A DNA stretch of 64,000 bases from Acetobacteraceae bacterium (GCA_965199235.1 CBDAQU010000002.1:2880232-2944231); one strand, 5' to 3'. Positions 8,043-17,812 are shown, numbered from the stretch's first letter. Notes: a model not told the origin generated them from the letters alone. Made by a program: numbers and translations.

Positions 8043-10394
8043 CTACCCCCCATGCTCCGGCTCGAGCGCCGCTGCAATATCCCCCGGGTGTTTCTGCGGC
8101 ACGATCAAATCCATCACCCCGATGATCGCCGGCAGCACCACGATCGCGCCCGCCATGTTCATGAAGAACATGAACGTCAGCAGCATGCCCATGTCCGCCT
8201 GGAACTGCAGCGGCGAGAACGCCCAGGTGGCGACGCCGATCGACAGCGAGAGGCCGGTGAAGATCACCGCGGACCCGGTCTCCCGCAGGGTCTGGATGTA
8301 GGCCGCGTTCAGCGTGTAGCCGCGACGCATGTAGTAGCTGAGGCGCGAGAACTTGTAGATGCCGTAATCCACGCCGATGCCCACGCCGAGTGCGGTCACC
8401 GGCAGGGTGGAGAGTTTCAGGCCTATGCCGAGCACGCTCATCGCGGCGTTGGCCAGGATGGACACGGCGGCCAGCGGCAGCACGATGCAGAGCGCTGCCC
8501 GCACGGAGCGGAACACGCCCAGGCAGATCACGATGATCATGCCGTAAACCAGCCCCAGCATCGGCATCTGCGCACGCTCGACGACCGCATTGGTGGCGCC
8601 GATCACGCCCGCAGTCCCGGCCGCCAGCTCCAGCCGAACCTTGGAGGCCGAGGGCGTCGCGGAAAACCGCTCGATCGTCTTGATCACGCGGTCGATCGTG
8701 CCCGCCTTGTGGTCGGTCAGGAAGATGATCAGCGGCATCGCCGAGCAGTCGTTGTTGGCCAGGCCCTGGCTCGGCTCGAAGGCCGAGCTGTCGCGGCCGA
8801 GAACGCGGCTGTCATGCGGCAGGTAGTCGAATTTCGGGTTGCCCTCGTTGAACTGCACGTTCACCAGGCGCATCAGGTGTCCCATGAACAGCGTGCTGCG
8901 CACGCCGGGCACACCCTGCAGACGATGGTCCAGGTCGTCGATCCGGCGCACGCTGGCATAGTCCAGGCACGAGTTCGCAGGACCCTCGGCTAACACCTCC
9001 AGCACGTCCACACCGACCGAGTAGTTGTTCTGGAAGAACGCCGCGTCGCGGTTGTTGCGGCTGTCCGGCCGCAACTCCGGCACGCCCACGTGAAGGTCGC
9101 CCACCACAGGCTGCCCGAGCAGCAGCGCGCCGCCGGCCACCGCCACCGTCAGCGCGCAGATGATCACCGCAGAGCGCGGCGCAATCAGGCTGGCGAGAAG
9201 TCGCCAGAACCCCTCGAAACGCGCGGCCCCGCGCTGCGCCGCCTCCACCCGCGCCATGGAGACCGCGGCAAAGCTCGCGATCACCGGAAGCACCATCAGG
9301 TTCGTCACCGCCAGCACGGCGATGCCGATCGCAGCCGTCAGGGCCAGCTCGCGTATCGCCGGCACGGGGATCGTCGTGACGGTGACGAAGGTGAGGACGG
9401 CCAGTGCCAGCGCCACCGCGCCGGGCTCCAGCAGGTTGTGGAAACTGCCGCGCGCTGCCTCCAGAGACGACTTGCCCTCGCCGACCAGGCGCACGTTGGA
9501 CAGCGCGATCTGCACGCCGTGGCTGACGCCGATCGACAGGATCAGGAAGGGGATCAGCACCGAGATCGGGTCGATCCCGATGCCGAAGATCGTGATGATG
9601 CCGAGCTGCCACATCACGGCGATCAGCGAGCAGGCGAGCGCGGCTGCGGTCAGATAGAGCGACCGCGAAACGATGTAGAGCAGCACGGCGGCCACCGCGA
9701 GCGCGATGCCGAAGAACAGCACGATCACCTGCGCGCCGTGCTCGATGTCGCCGACCGCCTGCGCGAAGCCGAGGATGTGCACCTGCGTGTCGGGCGTGTC
9801 GTATTTCGCCCGGATGATGCTGTCGAGCGAGTCGGCGAACCGGCCGTAATCGAGGTGCTTTCCGGTCTGCGGATCGACGTCGTTCAGCTTGGCGCTGACC
9901 ACCGCGCTGCGGAAGTTGTTGGCGACCAGCCTGCCGAGAATGCCGGATTTGTAGATGTTCGCTTGCAGCGTCTCGAAACCATGCGCGTCCGGCTTGAACG
10001 TCTCCGGAATGACCGGGCCGCCGTTGAACCCGCCCTCCACGACTTCGGCAAAGCGCGTGTCGGGCGTGAACAGGCTGCTGACGTGGTTGCGGTCTACGCC
10101 ATGCAGGAAGAACACGTCGTCGGTCAGGCGCCGCAGCGCGTCGAGATACTTGGCCGAGAAGATGTCGCCGTTCTTCGCCTCCAGAGAGATCAGCAGCACG
10201 TTGCCGCCGCCGAACTGCGCCTCCACCCGCTTGTAGGTGTCGATATAGGCGTTGTGCGACGGCAGAAGCTTGTCGAAGGCGGCGTCCGGGCGCACGCGCA
10301 CGGTGAAGAAGCCCAGTCCGACGGTCACGATCGCAAACAGCGCCAGCACCAGGCGGCGATGGCCGAACAGGGCGCGGTCGAGGAACCCGATCAC
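8043..10394 (-). CDS. RND superfamily / MMPL-type transporter
   Basis: 783 aa; two TM bundles with periplasmic loops; GIGVDYGIY and ILSIGVSHGVQ motifs; GTG start overlaps the YCF48 stop. Confidence 0.92.
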   Translation of the reverse strand: MIGFLDRALFGHRRLVLALFAIVTVGLGFFTVRVRPDAAFDKLLPSHNAYIDTYKRVEAQFGGGNVLLISLEAKNGDIFSAKYLDALRRLTDDVFFLHGVDRNHVSSLFTPDTRFAEVVEGGFNGGPVIPETFKPDAHGFETLQANIYKSGILGRLVANNFRSAVVSAKLNDVDPQTGKHLDYGRFADSLDSIIRAKYDTPDTQVHILGFAQAVGDIEHGAQVIVLFFGIALAVAAVLLYIVSRSLYLTAAALACSLIAVMWQLGIITIFGIGIDPISVLIPFLILSIGVSHGVQIALSNVRLVGEGKSSLEAARGSFHNLLEPGAVALALAVLTFVTVTTIPVPAIRELALTAAIGIAVLAVTNLMVLPVIASFAAVSMARVEAAQRGAARFEGFWRLLASLIAPRSAVIICALTVAVAGGALLLGQPVVGDLHVGVPELRPDSRNNRDAAFFQNNYSVGVDVLEVLAEGPANSCLDYASVRRIDDLDHRLQGVPGVRSTLFMGHLMRLVNVQFNEGNPKFDYLPHDSRVLGRDSSAFEPSQGLANNDCSAMPLIIFLTDHKAGTIDRVIKTIERFSATPSASKVRLELAAGTAGVIGATNAVVERAQMPMLGLVYGMIIVICLGVFRSVRAALCIVLPLAAVSILANAAMSVLGIGLKLSTLPVTALGVGIGVDYGIYKFSRLSYYMRRGYTLNAAYIQTLRETGSAVIFTGLSLSIGVATWAFSPLQFQADMGMLLTFMFFMNMAGAIVVLPAIIGVMDLIVPQKHPGDIAAALEPEHGG

Positions 10395-11371
10395 TGTGTC
10401 ATCTCCCTGGCCGCCTGCGTCGCCGCGGGGTCCATCAGGTGCACGCCGTCATCGCCGACCACCACCAGCTTGCCGTCGGCGGCTTCGGCGACGCCGGAGA
10501 GGGTTACACCGGTCGGCGGCGGCAGCGTGCGGGCGCGGTCGGTATGCGGATCGAACAGCATCACTAGCCCGTTGCCGCCGACCAGCGCGAAGGAGCCGTT
10601 GGCCAGCACCGTGCCGCCGAAGATCGAGCGTTGCTCGCCGGTGTCGATGCGGCGCCAGGCGGGCGAGGCGGCGCTGGAGACGAACAGGCTGCCGCGCAGC
10701 CCGAAACTGTAGACCTCGCCATCCTGCGCGCGCAGACAGCCGAACTGCGAACCGTCATAGCCGACCGGGATCGCCGTCCACGCCGCGTCGTGGCGCAGAA
10801 ACGCGTGCCCGGCCTCGCCCACCACCACCAGGTCCGGTCCACGCGCCAGCACGCAATTGAGGTGGTAGTCTTCGTCCAGGTTCGGCAGCTTGACCGGCGT
10901 CCACGCGGCGCCGGCATTGGACGTCTCCAGCATCAACGCGTACGAGCCGGTCGCGACCAGATGGCCGGGGCCCAGGCTGGCTACGGAGAACAGCACCTGG
11001 TCGGCGCCGGGGGTCGTCATCTGCGTCGTCCAGTGCGCACCCGCATCGGCGGTGTGCAGTATCGTCGAGTCCTGCCCAACCACCCAGCCATCCGACGGGC
11101 TGACGAAGACGGCAGCCGTCAGAAGTTCGTCGGTGCCGCTCGTGACGGCCGACCACGTCACACCCTGGTCGTCGGACAGCAGGATCGCACCGCGGTCGCC
11201 CACCGCAACCAGCCGCTTGCCGGCCCGGCTGACAGAGAGGAGCACGCCGTGCACGGCGCGCCAGTTCGGCGTGTCAGTCGATACCTGCCCAGCTTGCGCG
11301 ACGGTGTTTGCTGCTGCCAAGACGAGGACCATTACCATGGCCCGTAAACCAAGCTTGGGTATCAAAGACAC
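10391..11371 (-). CDS. YCF48-related / BNR-repeat beta-propeller protein
   Basis: LVAVGDRGAILLSDDQGVTW, TADAGAHW and TSNAGAAW repeats. Start is GTG 11371 (RBS GAGAGG) or ATG 11338. Confidence 0.88.
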   Translation of the reverse strand: MSLIPKLGLRAMVMVLVLAAANTVAQAGQVSTDTPNWRAVHGVLLSVSRAGKRLVAVGDRGAILLSDDQGVTWSAVTSGTDELLTAAVFVSPSDGWVVGQDSTILHTADAGAHWTTQMTTPGADQVLFSVASLGPGHLVATGSYALMLETSNAGAAWTPVKLPNLDEDYHLNCVLARGPDLVVVGEAGHAFLRHDAAWTAIPVGYDGSQFGCLRAQDGEVYSFGLRGSLFVSSAASPAWRRIDTGEQRSIFGGTVLANGSFALVGGNGLVMLFDPHTDRARTLPPPTGVTLSGVAEAADGKLVVVGDDGVHLMDPAATQAAREMTQ

Positions 11372-11418
11372 TGACCTCTCGTTCCTTCCGGGCGCTTCGA
11401 CCCTGCCCGCAAAACCGA

Positions 11419-11461
11419 AGCCACCACGCCCGGCTGCGCGTGGCAGCAAAACGTGGTGGCT
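11419..11461 (-). terminator. Stem-loop between the DUF1302 and YCF48 genes
   Basis: AGCCACCACG (11419-11428) ... CGTGGTGGCT (11452-11461). Confidence 0.45.
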
Positions 11462-11535
11462 CGACGATCTCGGCACTAAACGCCGGAACGGGTGCGCTTG
11501 CCCCTTACACGTTTCCGTCAGCGTTGTCGCCCTGG

Positions 11536-13491
11536 TCAGAACTCGTAGGACACCACGGCGGAGACGAAGTCGCGGTCGATCAGCCCGTAGAACTTCCCGC
11601 CGTCGAAAACCGGGAAATGGTTGGTGTATTGCAGGCCAAGGCTCCACGCCTGCAGGTAGTTGAACGTGACGCCGATGCTGGCTGCCGCCGTGTTCTGCAC
11701 GAACACGTTCACGCCGACGGGGCTGGTCCCGACGAAATCGTGCTGCAGGGAGATCGTCGGCTTCATGTCGATGCCGTAAGGCAGCACGTTGGGCATGTCG
11801 ATGATCGTGGCGATAGTATAGGCGGCGGAGAACTGGCTCGCCAGGCCCTTCGTCGAGAGGGGCGTATTGCCGTTCACCGTGGCCGTCTCGTTGAAGGTGG
11901 AGTTGACCTCCGTCGTGTAGGCCGCATCGAACACGCCGCGGTTGCGCGGGAAGTTCGCCACGAAGTCGCCGCCGATCTCGCCCACGATGGCGATCTGGTT
12001 GATGTATAGGCTCGGGATGGCGTTGAACAGCTTCGTCGCCGTCGTCTGGGCCTGGATCACCGGGTAGCGCTTCCAGCCGTCGATGATCTGGTTGTAACCG
12101 GTCGGTATGCCAGCGAGCTGGATCGTCTGGTCGGTGATGGCGTCGTGATAGGCGGTGGCGAGGGCCGGCGACAGGCCGAGCGACTGCTTGATGGCCGGCA
12201 GTGCCTGCGCCAGCGCCAGGTCGGACGCACTGAGCTGGATCGGCTGGTTGATGCGGCTCGACAGCTCGCCCTGGATGGCCAGGCCTTCCGGACCGGTGAA
12301 GTTCCAGCTCACGCCCAGGAGGTGGATGTCCTTCGGATAGTCGGCGAAGTAGGACGCCGTCGACTCGTAGCTTTTCTGGACGTAGCCCTTGATGCCCTCC
12401 AGAGCGATCTGGAACGGCCGCGGCAGTTCTGCGTAGGTCGGGCCCAGATAGGGCGCCAGGCCGGAGATGTTGAAGCTGCCTGTCCGGTCGGAGCTGAACG
12501 GCGTGCGGCTGTGGTAATTCTCGAAGTAGAACCCGAATTCCGCGTCGCCCAGGCTGGAGAAGCTCTTGCGCAGGGCAAAGCCGAACTCGTCAAGGCTGGT
12601 CGGGTGGCGGTCCAGGCTGCGCGGCAGCGACGCGCCGAACAGGTCGCCCACGCCGGCGTTGATGCCGTAGACGCTCTGCCGGTTGTCGGCAAAGTCGTTG
12701 CGCAGATTACCGTAGGTGCCGCCGTCCACGATCGTGTCGTTGTTGCCAAAGAACGACCCGTTGGGCTCCAATATGGTGCGCGTCCAGGCAAACTGCCAGA
12801 ACGCCTCCAGCGAGTAGCCGTCGGCCAGGTCCGTCTTTATGTCCACCACCGGGATCGGCAGGAACCCCTGGCGGAGTTCGGAGCCAGGGGTGCGCAGCGC
12901 CGTGGTGTCGAGCGGGTTGATGGAGTTTATGCCGAACTGGATGAACGTGCTCTCGCCCCAGTTAAGCGCCTGTGCGCCGACGCGCACGTCCACGGGATGG
13001 CCGAAGACCGACGGACGGGCGAAGGCGTAGGCGTCGAGCAGCCGGAGGTTCGCACCGATGTCGACCTCCGCCGAACGGCTCAGCGGCAGGAAATCGGTGC
13101 GCTCGCTGTCGGTTACAGGGTCGTAGAACCCGGTCGCACGGATGAAGAACCCGTAATCGTCCTTCTTGGCCTGCAGCTCCGTCGTGACGCGCTGCACCGC
13201 GGCCACCGGCGACCCGTCCCGGTAGTTCAGCGTGCCGTTGTCGTAGTTGGCCAGCACGAAACGCCCGCCCGGATTGGCGACACCCACGAAGTTGTAGTCG
13301 ATCGGCGACGTGCGAAGGTCCACGCTGGACGACAGCGTCGTATCGAGGTTCACCTGCCAGCCATCGATGGTTGTGTCGAAGGCGCGGGCATTGTCCGTGA
13401 CCGCCATGGCGGCACAGGCGGCTCCAGCCATCAACACCGCACGGCGCAGCCTGGTCATCGATGGTGCCCCGCACGAAACAGTATAGGCCAT
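11536..13491 (-). CDS. DUF1302 family outer-membrane protein
   Basis: Signal peptide; YDNGTLNY, GAQALNWGESTFIQFGINSINPLD, LEAFWQFAW motifs; C-terminal DRDFVSAVVSYEF (terminal Phe of beta-barrels). Confidence 0.9.
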   Translation of the reverse strand: MAYTVSCGAPSMTRLRRAVLMAGAACAAMAVTDNARAFDTTIDGWQVNLDTTLSSSVDLRTSPIDYNFVGVANPGGRFVLANYDNGTLNYRDGSPVAAVQRVTTELQAKKDDYGFFIRATGFYDPVTDSERTDFLPLSRSAEVDIGANLRLLDAYAFARPSVFGHPVDVRVGAQALNWGESTFIQFGINSINPLDTTALRTPGSELRQGFLPIPVVDIKTDLADGYSLEAFWQFAWTRTILEPNGSFFGNNDTIVDGGTYGNLRNDFADNRQSVYGINAGVGDLFGASLPRSLDRHPTSLDEFGFALRKSFSSLGDAEFGFYFENYHSRTPFSSDRTGSFNISGLAPYLGPTYAELPRPFQIALEGIKGYVQKSYESTASYFADYPKDIHLLGVSWNFTGPEGLAIQGELSSRINQPIQLSASDLALAQALPAIKQSLGLSPALATAYHDAITDQTIQLAGIPTGYNQIIDGWKRYPVIQAQTTATKLFNAIPSLYINQIAIVGEIGGDFVANFPRNRGVFDAAYTTEVNSTFNETATVNGNTPLSTKGLASQFSAAYTIATIIDMPNVLPYGIDMKPTISLQHDFVGTSPVGVNVFVQNTAAASIGVTFNYLQAWSLGLQYTNHFPVFDGGKFYGLIDRDFVSAVVSYEF

Positions 13492-13577
13492 GTACCGCCC
13501 CCCTTGAATGTCGCCGGCTCTGCGTCCGGTTGGCCTGTCCCGGCGCCTCGAGACGCGGCCGATCCAAGCAGAAACGT

Positions 13578-13593
13578 TAGGGTGGGCACACTA
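13578..13593. promoter_or_regulatory. Palindromic operator, copy 3 (TAGGGTGGGCACACTA)
   Basis: 87 bp upstream of the DUF1302 start; one mismatch to the consensus. Confidence 0.7.
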
Positions 13594-13677
13594 ATAGCGT
13601 CAAGGCGAGGTTCGGCCGTTGATGCAAGCCTGCAACACCATGCAGTGCAGCAACCCCATCGTTTGCTGCGGGATGGA

Positions 13678-13702
13678 GGAAACCGGGTGGGCGGCGAACG
13701 TT
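13678..13702 (+). promoter_or_regulatory. Putative EcfG-type promoter GGAAA-N16-CGTT
   Basis: Ends 31 nt before the GTG at 13733. Confidence 0.45.
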
Positions 13703-13732
13703 CACGCCACGCCCGATACGAAGGAGGTTGCC

Positions 13733-13903
13733 GTGAGCGAGACACAGAGCCCAGAAATACCGAAGGAGGAGCATCGCGACGACGCTCTGGACGACACCTT
13801 CCCGGCCAGCGACCCGATCTCCATCGGCGGCAGCACCGGCCCGGAGGATGCGCAGCCGCCGGACACGCTGGAGGACAACCCGAGCGCGGGTCATCCCTCC
13901 TGA
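13733..13903 (+). CDS. Small acidic protein with DDTFPASDP motif (56 aa)
   Basis: RBS AAGGAGG; MSETQSPEIPKEEHRDDALDDTFPASDPISIGG...; this motif is typical of small alphaproteobacterial stress proteins. Confidence 0.75.
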   Translation: MSETQSPEIPKEEHRDDALDDTFPASDPISIGGSTGPEDAQPPDTLEDNPSAGHPS

Positions 13904-13933
13904 GGGCAGCCTACAGCGTGTCGGCCGGGTCAC

Positions 13934-14054
13934 AGACCCGGCCAGCAGCGGAGCGTCAGACCGGCCAGCAGCGAAGCGTCAGACCGGCCAGCAGCGAAGC
14001 GTCAGAGGGGCGAGCAGCGAAGCGTCAGAGGGGCGAGCAGCGGCAACTTAGACC
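13934..14054. repeat. About five tandem copies of a 23-bp unit (AGACCGGCCAGCAGCGAAGCGTC)
   Basis: Copies start at 13934, 13958, 13981, 14004 and 14027. The phase continues to AGACC at 14050, inside the glnA stop/last codons. No spacers. Confidence 0.9.
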
Positions 14055-15490
14055 GAGTAGTACATCTCGAACTCGACCGGGTGGGGCGTATGCTCGAAGC
14101 GGAACACCTCGCTCCACTTCAGCTCGATGTAGCTTTCTATCTGATCCTTGGAAAACACGTCGCCGGCGAGCAGGAACTCGTGGTCGGCGGCCAGCGCACC
14201 GAGCGCCTCGCGCAGGGATCCGCACACGGTCGGGATGCCCTTCAGCTCCTCCGGCGGCAGGTCGTAGAGGTCCTTGTCCATCGGCTCGCCCGGGTGGATC
14301 TTGTTCCTGATGCCGTCCAGGCCGGCCATCAGCATGGCGGCGAAGGCCAGATAGGGGTTTGCCGTGGGGTCGGGGAACCGCACTTCCACCCGCTTGGCCT
14401 TCGGGCTGGTCGCATACGGGATGCGGCACGAGGCCGAGCGGTTGCGCGCCGAATACGCCAGCAGCACCGGCGCCTCGAAACCCGGGATCAGCCGCTTGTA
14501 GCTGTTGGTGCTCGGGTTGGTGAACGCGTTCAGCGCCTTGGCGTGCTTGATGATGCCGCCGATGTAGTAGAGGCAGGTCTCCGACAAGTCGGCATAGGCG
14601 TTGCCCGCGAAGACCGGGCGGCCGTCCTTCCAGATCGACTGGTGCACATGCATGCCGCTGCCGTTGTCGCCGTAGATCGGCTTGGGCATGAAGGTCGCGG
14701 TCTTGCCGTAGCTGTGCGCCACGTTGTGCACGCAATACTTGTAGATCTGCATCTGGTCGGCGCTCTTGACCAGCGGGCCGAACTTGGTGCCGAGCTCGTG
14801 CTGGCTCTGCGCCACTTCGTGGTGGTGCTTCTCGATCGGCAGGCCCATCTCGCCCATGGTGGTCAGCATCTCGGCCCGCAGGTCGCTCTCGCTGTCGACC
14901 GGCGGCACCGGGAAGTAGCCGCCTTTCACCACCGGGCGGTGCCCCATGTTGCCTTCCGGATAATCCTTCAGCGAGGCCTGCGGACCTTCGATGCTGTCGA
15001 TCTGGTAGGTGCCGTAATTGCCGCCGGTGCCGAATTTCACGCTGTCGAAAATGAAGAATTCCGCTTCCGCGCCGAACAGGGCCGCGTCGCCCACGCCCGT
15101 GGACGCGACGTAGGCCTCGGCCTTCTTCGCCGTGCTGCGCGGGTCGCGCGCGTAAGCCTGTCCGGTGCTGGGCTCGATGATATCGCAGAACAGGATCATG
15201 CTCGGCTTGGACGCGAACGGGTCCATCACCGCGCTCGCGGGGTCCGGCATCAGGATCATGTCGCTCTCGTTGATCGCCTTCCAGCCGGCGATCGAGGAGC
15301 CGTCGAACATGACGCCGTCGCGGAACGCGTCCTCGTCGATGGTGGAGACGTACTGCGCGGTATGCTGCCACTTGCCGCGAGGATCGGTGAAGCGGAGATC
15401 GACGAACTCCACGGAGTTCTCGCGCATCATCTCGAGGCATCTGGACACCGCGTTCGGTTCCGGCGGCGTCTGCTGGATCTTCTTGGCCAT
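14048..15490 (-). CDS. glnA: Glutamine synthetase type I
   Basis: [60 protein letters not shown] (adenylylated Tyr). Confidence 0.98.
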   Translation of the reverse strand: MAKKIQQTPPEPNAVSRCLEMMRENSVEFVDLRFTDPRGKWQHTAQYVSTIDEDAFRDGVMFDGSSIAGWKAINESDMILMPDPASAVMDPFASKPSMILFCDIIEPSTGQAYARDPRSTAKKAEAYVASTGVGDAALFGAEAEFFIFDSVKFGTGGNYGTYQIDSIEGPQASLKDYPEGNMGHRPVVKGGYFPVPPVDSESDLRAEMLTTMGEMGLPIEKHHHEVAQSQHELGTKFGPLVKSADQMQIYKYCVHNVAHSYGKTATFMPKPIYGDNGSGMHVHQSIWKDGRPVFAGNAYADLSETCLYYIGGIIKHAKALNAFTNPSTNSYKRLIPGFEAPVLLAYSARNRSASCRIPYATSPKAKRVEVRFPDPTANPYLAFAAMLMAGLDGIRNKIHPGEPMDKDLYDLPPEELKGIPTVCGSLREALGALAADHEFLLAGDVFSKDQIESYIELKWSEVFRFEHTPHPVEFEMYYSV

Positions 15491-15563
15491 CTATTCCTGT
15501 TCCATGTTTCGAAAAACGGCGATCGACGACGGGGTGCTGCCTGGGCGTCGGCTGGCGTGCCGG

Positions 15564-17051
15564 TCAGCCGACGCTTTCGCCGTGGCAGACGGTGTCCAGC
15601 CCCTCCATCTCCTCCTCCGGCGTCACCGTCAGCCCTATCGTCGCCTTGAGGGCAAACAGCAGCACCAGGCTGACGAGGCTGCTCCAGACCAGGGTCACGC
15701 CGACGGCCTGGCACTGGATGACGAACTGCGCGAACGATCCGTCGGTGCCGCCGATGGTGGCCGAGGCGAACACACCGGTCAACAAGGCGCCGACGATGCC
15801 GCCCACGCCGTGCACGCCGAACGTGTCAAGGCTGTCGTCGTAGCCGAGCGCATGCTTGAGGTAGCTCGCCGAAAGGTAGCAGATCACGCCAGCGGCGACG
15901 CCGATGACGATCGCCCCGCCAGGCAGCACGAAGCCGGAGGCGGGCGTGATCGCGACCAGCCCTGCCACCGCGCCGGAGATGATGCCGAGCACGCTCGGCT
16001 TGCCCTTCAGGACCCACTCGGCGAACATCCACGCCAGTGCGGCCGCCGCCGTGGCGATCTGCGTCACCGCCATCGCCATGCCCGCGCGCCCGGTGGCGCC
16101 CACGGCCGAGCCCGCGTTGAAGCCGAACCACCCGACCCACAGGAGCGAGGCGCCGATGACGGCGTAGGTCAGGTTGTAGGGCGCCATGTTGTCGTGCCCG
16201 TAGCCGCGCCGGCGGCCCATCACCAGGCAGCACATCAGCCCGGCGATCCCTGCGTTGATGTGCACCACCGTGCCACCAGCGTAATCGAGCGTGCCGAGCT
16301 TGGACAGCCAGCCGGTGGGCGCCCAGACCCAATGCGCGATCAGGCTGTAGGAGAAGATCGACCACCCGACCATGAACAGGCACATCGCGGAGAACTTCAT
16401 CCGCTCGGCAAACGCGCCGGCGATCAGCGCAGGCGTGATGATGGCGAACGTCATCTGGAACATCATGTAGACGGTCTCCGGGATGGCGTACGGCGCCGGC
16501 GTCACCCCTGCCACCCCGTTGCCCAGCACGAAGCCAGTATCGTCCTGCTTGGAGAAACCCGCTTCGATCCCGTGCAGCATCAGGCGCGACGCGTCGCCCA
16601 CGAAGGCGGACAGCGCGTAGCCGCCGAACGCCGCCCCTGGCGGCCCGTTGGTGAAGGCGAGGCTGTAGCCGCACACCGTCCAGACGATCGTCACCAGGCA
16701 GCAGATCGCGAAGCTCTGCATCACGGTCGCCAGGATGTTCTTGCGCCGCACCATGCCGGCGTAGAACAGCGCCAGGCCAGGTATCGTCATCATCAGCACC
16801 AGCGCCGTGCTGGTCAGCATCCACGCCGTGTCGCCGTGGTCGTAGGCCGGCGGCTTGACGGGCTCTGACGGTGCGGCTGCCGGGGCTGCGGGTGCAGCCG
16901 CGGCGGCCGGAGCCTGTGCCGCGGCCGATGGCGGGGCAGAGGCGGCCGGTGCCGGTGCCGGCGGAGGAGTCTGCGCGAGCGCAGCCGTGCCGGCGGCGAT
17001 GCACAGCAGGATGGCGAGCGCGGCGATGCGCGCCTTCAACGCGTTGATCAT
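15564..17051 (-). CDS. amtB: Ammonium transporter AmtB
   Basis: GDTAWMLTSTALVLMMTIPGLALFY, FQMTFAIIT, DYAGGTVVH, DDSLDTFGVHG; signal peptide plus Pro/Ala linker. Confidence 0.97.
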   Translation of the reverse strand: MINALKARIAALAILLCIAAGTAALAQTPPPAPAPAASAPPSAAAQAPAAAAAPAAPAAAPSEPVKPPAYDHGDTAWMLTSTALVLMMTIPGLALFYAGMVRRKNILATVMQSFAICCLVTIVWTVCGYSLAFTNGPPGAAFGGYALSAFVGDASRLMLHGIEAGFSKQDDTGFVLGNGVAGVTPAPYAIPETVYMMFQMTFAIITPALIAGAFAERMKFSAMCLFMVGWSIFSYSLIAHWVWAPTGWLSKLGTLDYAGGTVVHINAGIAGLMCCLVMGRRRGYGHDNMAPYNLTYAVIGASLLWVGWFGFNAGSAVGATGRAGMAMAVTQIATAAAALAWMFAEWVLKGKPSVLGIISGAVAGLVAITPASGFVLPGGAIVIGVAAGVICYLSASYLKHALGYDDSLDTFGVHGVGGIVGALLTGVFASATIGGTDGSFAQFVIQCQAVGVTLVWSSLVSLVLLFALKATIGLTVTPEEEMEGLDTVCHGESVG

Positions 17052-17064
17052 GTCCGGTCCTTTG

Positions 17065-17403
17065 TCAGAGGGCAGCAGCGTCGAGTTCGCCGGTCCTGAC
17101 GCGGACCGCCCGTTCGATGTCCAGCACGAATATCTTGCCGTCGCCGATCTTGCCGGTTCCAGCCGACCGCGCGATCGCTTCGACGACGGCCGCCGCCTGG
17201 TCGGACAAGACCGCCGCTTCTATCTTGATCTTGGGCAGGAACTGCACGTGGTATTCGGCGCCGCGATAGATCTCGGTCTGGCCCTTCTGCCGGCCGAACC
17301 CCTTCACCTCGGTCACCGTCAGGCCCTGAACGCCCAGCGGAGTCAGCGCTTCACGCACGTCGTCGAGCTTGAAGGGTTTGACGATGGCGACCACCAGCTT
17401 CAT
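17065..17403 (-). CDS. glnK: PII nitrogen regulatory protein GlnK
   Basis: MKLVVAIVKPFKLDDVREAL...GFGRQKGQTEIYRGAEY; directly upstream of amtB. Confidence 0.93.
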   Translation of the reverse strand: MKLVVAIVKPFKLDDVREALTPLGVQGLTVTEVKGFGRQKGQTEIYRGAEYHVQFLPKIKIEAAVLSDQAAAVVEAIARSAGTGKIGDGKIFVLDIERAVRVRTGELDAAAL

Positions 17404-17460
17404 CCGCACTCTCCGCCACGGGCCCGGCCGGGGAACGCCCGGCCAGCCCTATCCAAACCC

Positions 17461-17476
17461 TTCAAGAAACGTGCCG
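17461..17476 (-). promoter_or_regulatory. Putative sigma54 -24/-12 promoter for glnK-amtB (CGGCACGTTTCTTGAA)
   Basis: Correct GG-N10 spacing, with GA instead of GC at -12; 58 bp upstream of glnK. Confidence 0.55.
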
Positions 17477-17515
17477 TCAAACCGGGCATCGTGTTTTCGC
17501 CGTCATGGATGCGCA

Positions 17516-17576
17516 TGCACACAAATATGGCACACCCTGCACGCAGGCGGCCGGCGCAAGAAACAGTTTGTGTGCA
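17516..17576. promoter_or_regulatory. Putative NtrC-type enhancer pair
   Basis: TGCACACAAA (17516) and TTTGTGTGCA (17567) form a perfect inverted pair, each part of a partial TGCAC-N7-GTGCA box, upstream of the sigma54 site. Confidence 0.45.
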
Positions 17577-17812
17577 GTCAACGTCTCGGTTTTCTGTGTT
17601 GCGAGCGTGATCGCACGGCGACCGGACAGGCAGGTTTTATCTTTTCTTTACAACTGCAGGATCGTTTACCCTTCAACCGTGCGGAGTCGGCAAGCCGGCC
17701 TTTTCGTGAAAAGAACGAGTTGGACTGCACGCGGCTGATCCGAAGCACGTGCGCACAGGCGCGCATCGCCGGCCTGATCGGCAGGCGACGCCTCAGGCGG
17801 GCAGGGCGGTGC

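Noticed and set aside
13934-14054. Possible CRISPR array
   Set aside because: Units are directly adjacent with no unique spacers, and there are no cas genes; this is a tandem repeat.
9090-14310. Long plus-strand ORFs 9090-10712 and 12145-14310
   Set aside because: GC-rich antisense shadows of the RND and DUF1302 genes with no protein motifs.
17528-17541. TGGCAC...TGCA as a plus-strand sigma54 promoter
   Set aside because: GG-to-GC spacing is two bases short and it faces away from glnK; better explained as part of the NtrC-like box.
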